Source of the DNA: the human T2T-CHM13v2.0 reference genome, Homo sapiens | Reading direction: 5' to 3' (one strand) | NCBI RefSeq assembly: GCF_009914755.1 | Contig: NC_060928.1 | DNA length: 64,000 nt | In this document: positions 56,690 through 64,000 of the stretch, piece after piece | How the letters are laid out: every line of letters begins with the position of its first letter | Numbering within the stretch: the first letter of the stretch is position 1 | Notes under the pieces: generated by a model | Database searches by the model: none | The model's input: the letters and a program-made list of their open reading frames with translations, nothing else | Told to the model about the DNA's origin: nothing | Translations under genes and position numbers: made by a program

Positions 56690-57130
56690 TCTGTTGTAGA
56701 GATATTCAGTTGCAAAGAATAGACTCTAGCTTGTTTAATAAAGGATTTACTGTAACATTATATAAAATTCAGAAATATTGGAATAATTGCAGAAACAAGT
56801 TATACTCTGAGCTTCGAGAAAGGATTCATAAAGGCATGGAACAGAGCTGGCTGCAAGTATAGCTCTGTTAAAATGAGAAAACTGCCCACCAAATTGGGAA
56901 GCTATCACTATAGGTACTAGCTTCAGAACCATGCTGCAGCTGGAATAATCCACACTAGCAAAATAAATGCTTCATTCTATGCTTCTATTTTTACTTCCTC
57001 AGTTCTGAGTTCAAGTTTCAAAACAAAACAAAATGCATGAATTGGTGGAACTTAAATCATACCTGGAAGTGTATGTACAAATTCATTCGGGAAATGTAGT
57101 TTTTATCACATCTGCCTCTGTAGTACACTA
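56690..57130 (-). mobile_element. Old MaLR (MLT1K-N-like) LTR
   Basis: TTCAGTTGCAAAGAATAGACTCTAGCT start and ATTGGTGGAACTTAAATCAT motif; highly diverged. Confidence 0.4.
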
Positions 57131-59120
57131 CAGGAAGATCCCAGTAGAAGTTTAGAAAGCCACTTGGACATAAGCAAAATGGTGGAATAGAAGATTCCAG
57201 TCCTCACCCCTTCGCAGAAACATCAATTTTCACAGCTACCCATGGGTGAGAATACATTTTGGGGAACCCTGGAGTCCAGCTGAGAGAATCCAGCATTTGG
57301 GGACGTGCTCATTGAAGAGGGTAAGAAAAGTAGTTTCACTTTACCTGCATCACCACCTCTTCCCGAAGGTGGCACAGCTCAGTACTGGGAGAGGTTTCCT
57401 CAAACCACAATTTTATCCGTGAAGGAGAGCAAGAGTGAAGTGCACTTGTGGCTTCAGAAGTCTTATAGGACACTACCCTGGAGGCTCATTTCTGTTTCAT
57501 GCCAACCAAAACACTGAAGGAATTGGCACAGCTACATGGTCTAAGGGTAGCTAGGAACAAGGACTAGTAGCACATGGATCTCAGCAACTGGATATGGTTC
57601 CTGTTAACTGGATCATGGACTCTACCAAGAGACACACCCATGAATTCAGCAAAACAACTTGCCTACGGACACCCCCAAACAGCCAACAAACAATATCAGC
57701 ACCTTGCATGTGCCCCTATATCAGTGCCCTGGATGTCCCCATGAATGGCATCCCATGGTTATTGTGCATGAGTCCCTTCATACAGCATAACAAATTTCAG
57801 GAACAGAATTTCAGTAGCCAGCTTGACTCTGTAGGACTGGGATAATGGCCACAACCTTGAAAACTTCAGAACACTGTCTTAGGGAAAATAAATGAGAGAC
57901 TCTCAGTATCCAGCCTGGGTTTGTGGAATTGAGAAAAGGCACATAATCCAGGGCTTCTCCTCCTAGGATTAGGAGGAAATTTTTGAAAGTGAGAAAAAAA
58001 CCACCAGTCACATACAAAGGAACCTCAATAAAACTCTCAGTGGAATTCTTAGCAGAAACTATGCAGACTAAAAGAGAGTGGGATGATATATTCAAAGTGC
58101 GAAAGAAAGAAAAAAATCTGTCAAAAAGAATGCTATGCTCAGCAAAGCTGTTCTTCAGAAATGAAGGAGAAATTAAGACTTTTTCAGACAAACAAAAACT
58201 AAGGTAGTTTATCAACACTAGACTTGCCCTACAAGAAATGCTAAAGGGAGTTCTTCAGGTTGAAATGAAGGATACTAATTTGCAACATGAAAACACATAA
58301 AATATAAACTCACTGGTAAAAGTAAGTATCTAGTCAAAGTCAAAATACTCTAATAGTGTAATGGTGGCATATAAATCACTGTTTAGCATAAAAGTTAAAA
58401 GACAAAAGAATGAAAAATAAATGCACAGTCATGCATTGCTTGACAAGGAGCATATATTCTGAGAAATTCATCGTTAGTCAATTTCATCATTGTGTGAACA
58501 TCATAGAGTATACTTACACACAAACTTAAGATGGGTGTAATGTACTACATACCTAGGCTATATGGTATAGTTTATTGCTGCTAAGCTACCAACCTATACA
58601 GGATGTTATTATACTGAATACTGTAGGCCATTGTAACACAATGGTAAGTATTTGTGGATCTAAACATAGAAAAGATACAGTAAAAAAAAAATGTTATAAA
58701 AAATGGTGCACCTATATAGGGCATTTACCATGAATTTTCAGAACTAGAAGTTGCTCTGGGTGAGTCAGGAAGTTAGTGGTGAACAAATGTGAAGGCCTAG
58801 GACATTACTGTGAACTATTGTAGAGTTCATAAACACTGTGCACTTAGACTACACTAAATTTATTAACAATTTTTTCAGTAATAAATTAACCTTAGCTTAC
58901 TGTAGCCTTTTTACTTTATAAACCTTAAATTTTTTTAACTTTTTGACTTTTTTGTAATAACATTTATCTTAAAACACAAACACATTGTGCAGCTGTACAA
59001 AAATAGTTGTGCCTTATATCCTCATTCCAAAAGCCTATCTATTTTAAAACTTTTTTTTTTTTTTTACTTTTAACTGTTTTTATTGAAAACTAAGACACAA
59101 ACACACACATTAGCTTAGGT

Positions 59121-61252
59121 CTACATGGGGTCTGGATCATGGCTATCACTGTCTTCCACCCCCACATCTTGTCCCACTGGAAGGTCTTCAGTGGCAATAA
59201 CATTCATGGATATGTTGTCTCCTATGAAAAAAATATCTTCTAGAATACCTCCTGAAGAAACTGCCTGAGGCTATTCTTGAAAATGTGTCACTCCTCTTGG
59301 AAATAGGTCCATGATGGTTTGCTTGGTTGGTTGCTTTTTTTTTTTTTCACTTTAGATTTCCTTGTAAGCAAATAATGTACCTTGAGTATTCATCTCTATT
59401 AATAAAAACCTTTTATTAAGAGTTAGAGTCCATGTTTTCAATCTTTTTAAGGATCTTGTTGAGGTTTGCAAAAGCTCCTGCTAAGCCCTTCAGTGTGTAT
59501 TTTCTTGGGGTTCTTCTTTTTCTTCTACTACAGTTTTTCTTTCTCAAGCTCTGTGTTCCTGTTCAAACCATTCCTCATTAATCAGTTTGCCAGAAACCAC
59601 TTCTAGGAACTCTTCAATGTCATCCTCATCCACACCCAGGTTAGAATTGTTTGCCATCTCAGCCACACACGTTTTTTTTTTTTTTTGAGACGGAGTTTTG
59701 CTCTTGTTGCCCAGGCTGGAGTGCAATGGTGCGATCTTGGCTAACCACAACATCTGCCTCCCAGATTAAGGCGATTCTCCTGCCTCAGCCTCCTTAGCAG
59801 CTGGGATTACAGGTGCTCACCACCATGCCCAGCTAATTTTTTTGTATTTTTAGTGGAGACAGGGTTTCGCCATGTTGGTCAGGCTGGTCTTGAACTCCTG
59901 ACCTCAGGTGATCCACCTGCCTCAGCCTCCAAAACTGCTGGGATTACAGGCATGAGCCACTGTGCCCAGCCTTTTTTTCATTTTTATAACATCCTCATCC
60001 TTGGCAAATCCTTTGACATTACAGATGAAACTTGCGTGTCTTCGTCCAGGGGCCATTCATATACAGTCCATGGTGACATCACCCAAGCCCAAGCAAGGTT
60101 CTTGATGCAGTCATAGGTGTTGTAATTTTTCCAGAATTTCACCAGTGTCTTCTCTGTGTCTTCCTCAGTTGCAGCAGTAACCTGGGCAAAAATCCTCCTC
60201 AAGTAGTAGGCCTTATAAGCTGCTATAACTAGTTGATCCATTGGTTTGCTTAAAGATGTGGTACCTGGAGTCACCACTTTGACTTTGGGATAAAGATCAC
60301 CAATAAAAAGAGAATATGCAGAAGCATTCTCAACAACAAGCAAAATGTAGAAAGGCATATTATTCTTTAAACAGTATTTCTCAATTTTGCAGCATAGCAA
60401 TTTAGGAGGACATTTTGAAAGAGGAGGTGGGTCATCCATGACTTCTTATTGTTCCTGTTGTACACAGGCAGTGTGTGTTTATTGATATGTTTGAAAGACT
60501 TGGGGTTCTCAGTGCGCAAGATCACAAAGGGCTTCAATTTGTAGCATGCAATATTGCCCCCAAGCAAGACTGTTATCCTCTTCTTAAAAAACCTTGAAAC
60601 TTCGCATTGACTTGGCCTCCTTAGGATGAAAATCTTTTCAGGCATCCATTTCTGGAATATGGAGATTTCATCTGTGTAGAATATTTGCTCTGCAAGAAAT
60701 TTTCCTCCACAATCAGCTTATCTAGAGTTTCCCAAAATTCTTCAGCTGCCTTCACATCAGCCTTTGCAGACTCACCACTCACTTTCACATTATGTAATGA
60801 ATAACAATTTTTCAATAATTTAAGCAACCCAAAGCTGGCACTAAATGTACCAACATAGTCAGGAGCAAACTTTTCCTTCAATATTGCAAACAAACCTTTT
60901 GCATTGGCCATGAACTTCATGGGACTGAGAGGGATATGTTTCTGTGTCTTGTCTTCAATCCAGTTCATTAGAAGCGTCTCTATATCTGATATATACCCAT
61001 ATCAAAGTTTTGTTAGTTTCCTTGCCTACAGTGAAGCAGATTCTTTAACAGTTTGTCACATTTTTCTTGTTCTTCAAGATTGTACCTATGTGGGAATGGA
61101 ACATGCCTGACTGGTGAGCCATAACCATCACGATTTTCCCCCTCTATAATCCTTAATCACTTTTAATTTCATTTCCAAGTCAGTCAGGTCAATCACTTGA
61201 TGTGGCTTCTACCAGCAGCATTATTTGTAGATTTTGTATGCTTAAGGGCCAT
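59121..61252 (-). pseudogene. Disrupted Tigger3 transposase (CENP-B HTH + DDE_1 domain)
   Basis: ORF-track fragments 60621..60968, 60367..60645 and 59984..60439 carry pogo motifs (LHNVKVSGESA, RITVLLGGN, KLKPFVI, KSWMT, PMDQ); stops, frameshifts and an Alu insertion. Confidence 0.88.
59672..59971 (-). mobile_element. AluSp-like inside Tigger3
   Basis: GTTTTGCTCTTGTTGCC, GCAATGG and TTGGTCAGG diagnostics. Confidence 0.9.
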
Positions 61253-63123
61253 GATGAACAAAACAATACTAGATTAAATTAACCACAAGATACAATAATA
61301 CAATCAAAGGACACAATAAACGCAAGATGTATGAGGCTGCTGCTAGCATAATATGGCACACTGTTTTACAGTAAATTTTTTTTAACAAGTGGAAGAAGTA
61401 CATTCTAAAATAATGATAAAAAGTATAGATGGTAAATACATAAAACGGTTATATAGTTATTTATTATCATTATTAAATAGTATATACTGTACATAATTAT
61501 ATGTGCTATACTTTTATATGACTGCCAGCACAGTAGTTTTATGCCTGCATCATGATATATACATGAGTAATGCATTGTGTTATGGTGTTATAACAGCTGT
61601 AACGTCACTAAGCAGTAAGAAGTTTTTCAACTCTATAATAATCTTATGAGGCCATCATTGTATATGTGGTTCATGGTCGATCAGAATGTTGTTATGTGAC
61701 ACATAACTGTACCTACAGTAATTTGGTAATGAACACAAAATATAAAAAGATGTAATTTGTGACATTAATAACATAAAATGTGGGGACAGAGAAGTAAAAG
61801 TGTAGAATTTTTGTATGTGATTGAAGCTAAATTGTTATCAGTTTAAAATAGACTTTCATAAGTATAAGGTGTTTTATTTGTGTAAACCTCACAGGCAATT
61901 ATGAAAAAATATGTAGTAGCTACATAAAGATATCCTGAGCTAAATCAAAATATAACAATATAAAATCATCAAATCACAAAAAAAGACTGCAATGGAGAAA
62001 GAAAGAAAGGAACTACAAAATAGTTAGAAAATAATTAACAATATGGCAATATCTAGTCCTGCCTATCAATAATAACTTTAAATGTAAATTGATTAAATTA
62101 TTTTATCAAAAGACAGAGTGACTGAGTGGGTTAAAAAAAAGAAAAACCATTTATATGGTATCTACAAAAGACTCACTTTAGCTTTAAGGACACGCATAGG
62201 CTGAAAATGGAAAGGTGGAAAAAGATATTTTATCCCAATGATAACCATGGTAGTTGTATTTATATTAGACAAAGTAGTCTTTATGACAAAAACTATCATA
62301 AGAGATACGTCATATAAACAAGCATATAAACCAATGGAGCAGAATCGAGAGCCTGGAAATAAGCTCATGCATATATGCTCAACTAATCTTCAAGAACAGC
62401 ACCAAGAATAAAGTAAGGGAAAAGATAGTCTTTTCAATAAATGTTGTTGGGAAAGCTGGATATCCACATGCAAAAGAATAAATTTGAACTTTTATCCTAC
62501 CCCATACACAACAATAAACTCAAAATGGAATAAAGAAGTACATGTAAGATCCCAAAAGAAAACATACAGAAAAAGCTTCCTCACATTGATCTTGGCCATG
62601 GTTTTTTTGGTTATGACATCACAAGCAAAGACAATGACAGCAAAAATTAAGTGAGATTGCATCAAACCATAAAGCTTCTACACAGCAAAGGAAACAATCA
62701 ACATAATCAAAGTTAACCTAAAAAATGCAAGAAAATATTTGCAAAATATATATTTGATAAGGGGTTAATATTCAATGTGTGTATGAAACTCCTATAACTC
62801 AATAGTAAAAAAGCAAATAAACTGGTTAAAAAATAGCCAAAGGACCTGAACAAACATTTCTCTAAATGTACAAATGGCCAACAGGTATCTGAAAAGGTGT
62901 TCAATATCACTAATTATTATGGACATTTAAATTAAAACCACAATTTGCTATCACCTCACACTTGTTCAAATGGTCATTATTAAAACTGCAAAAAATAACA
63001 AGTGTTGGTGAGGTGTAGAGAAATTGGAACCCTGTGCATTGTGAGTGAAGATGTAAACTGGTGCTACCGCTATGGAAAACAGTATGGAGGCCTCTCAAAA
63101 AATTAAAGATAAAGTTACCATAT

Positions 63124-63488
63124 TGTATTAGTCTGTTCTTACACTGCTATAAAGATGCTATCTGAGACTGGGTAATTTATAAAGGAAAGTGGTTTAATTG
63201 ACTCACAGTTCCACATGGCTGGGGAAGCCTCAGGAAACTTACAATCATGGTGGAAGGTGAAGGAGAAGCAAGCACCTTCTTTACAAGGCAGCAGGAGAGA
63301 GAGAGTGCACAAGGAAAACGGCCACTTTTAAACCATCAGATCTCATGAGAACTCCCTCACTATCACGAGAACACGGTAAGGAAAACCGCCCCATGATCCA
63401 GTCACTTTCCTCCGGCACCCTCCCTCAACATGTGGGGATTAGACTCAGAGATGAGATTTGGGTGGGGACACAGAGCCAAACCATATCA
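63124..63488 (-). mobile_element. THE1C/D solo LTR inside L1
   Basis: TGTATTAGTC...CCATATCA; TSD CATAT/GATAT. Confidence 0.92.
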
Positions 63489-64000
63489 GATATGATCCAG
63501 CAGTCTGGCTTCTGGGTATATATCCAAAGGAATTGAAATCACGATGTGGAGATATCTGTACTTTTTTGTTCATTACAGCATTTTTCAGAGTAGCCAAGAT
63601 ACGGAAACAAGCTAAATGCGAATTGATGGATGAATAGATAAGAAGCATGTGATGTGTATATATATTATGTGTGGAGGGAAACATGGAGCATGACCTAACA
63701 CAGCTACCAGCATTGATTTGTGAGTTTTGTCTCAAAACCCTTCGCGCATATTTTCTGTGTCTTATTTTTTGGGGGCACATTCTCCTACACTTAAGCATAC
63801 GTACAGGGAAATACTATATGTTAATGGTTTTCCAAATCACGAGTTTGTTTTTATATAGTTATTTAGTTATTTTATTAACCGAGTCTGGTATCTACTGCAA
63901 ATATGATTATATATTTTCTTCATTCCTACTCCACCTGTTGGGTTAGGAAGCTATGTCTTAGGAAATGAAAGCGGTGGATATAAATGGTCCCTTATTTTGT

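Larger units (their letters stand above)
58426..61709 (-). mobile_element. Tigger3 (GOLEM) near full-length pogo-family DNA transposon
   Basis: TIRs CAGTCATGC...ACATAACTG; right flank TA, left flank CA; about 2.97 kb excluding the Alu; transposase remnants on the minus strand. Confidence 0.9.
57165..63665 (+). mobile_element. L1M/L1MA-type element with 5' UTR and two large internal deletions; host of Tigger3 and THE1
   Basis: 5' UTR CAAAATGGTGGAATAGAAG; ORF1p C-terminal peptide 57983..58207 (TYKGTSIKLSVEFLAETMQTKREWDDIFK); ORF2 start at about 62043 jumps to the ORF2 C-terminus at about 62310. Confidence 0.85.

Overview
This is AT-rich primate (very probably human) non-coding genomic DNA. I cannot support any protein-coding exon, structural RNA gene, CpG island or CRISPR array. 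By eye, well over half of the window is interspersed repeat, and every ORF-track entry I could assign lies in a repeat (Alu, L1, MaLR, Tigger3) or a microsatellite. Notable content: (i) an LTR cluster at 8.5-12.3 kb with nested insertions confirmed by target-site duplications (TSDs): LTR9-like inside MER41A inside LTR40b, MSTA inside an ERV1 LTR, and an MLT2A1 solo LTR; (ii) a full-length THE1D-type provirus with a 5-bp TSD; (iii) a near full-length Tigger3/GOLEM transposon with a readable transposase fossil; (iv) a 13-kb nest of HAL1 > L1MD > near full-length L1MA/MB > FAM/MSTB/Alu; (v) a probable fossil Dong-R4 clade LINE reverse transcriptase at about 15.6-16.7 kb that the ORF track does not show; (vi) a 33-bp-arm fold-back hairpin, a ~210-nt GAA/GGA pyrimidine tract ending in a possible splice acceptor, a near-palindromic CTCF motif and a TGACA motif cluster. 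A strong minus-strand bias of Alus and L1s suggests the window is an intron of a + strand gene. Family names come from recalled consensus sequences, not a database search, and boundaries of old elements are approximate. I found no convincing novel biological system; the best leads are listed as findings.
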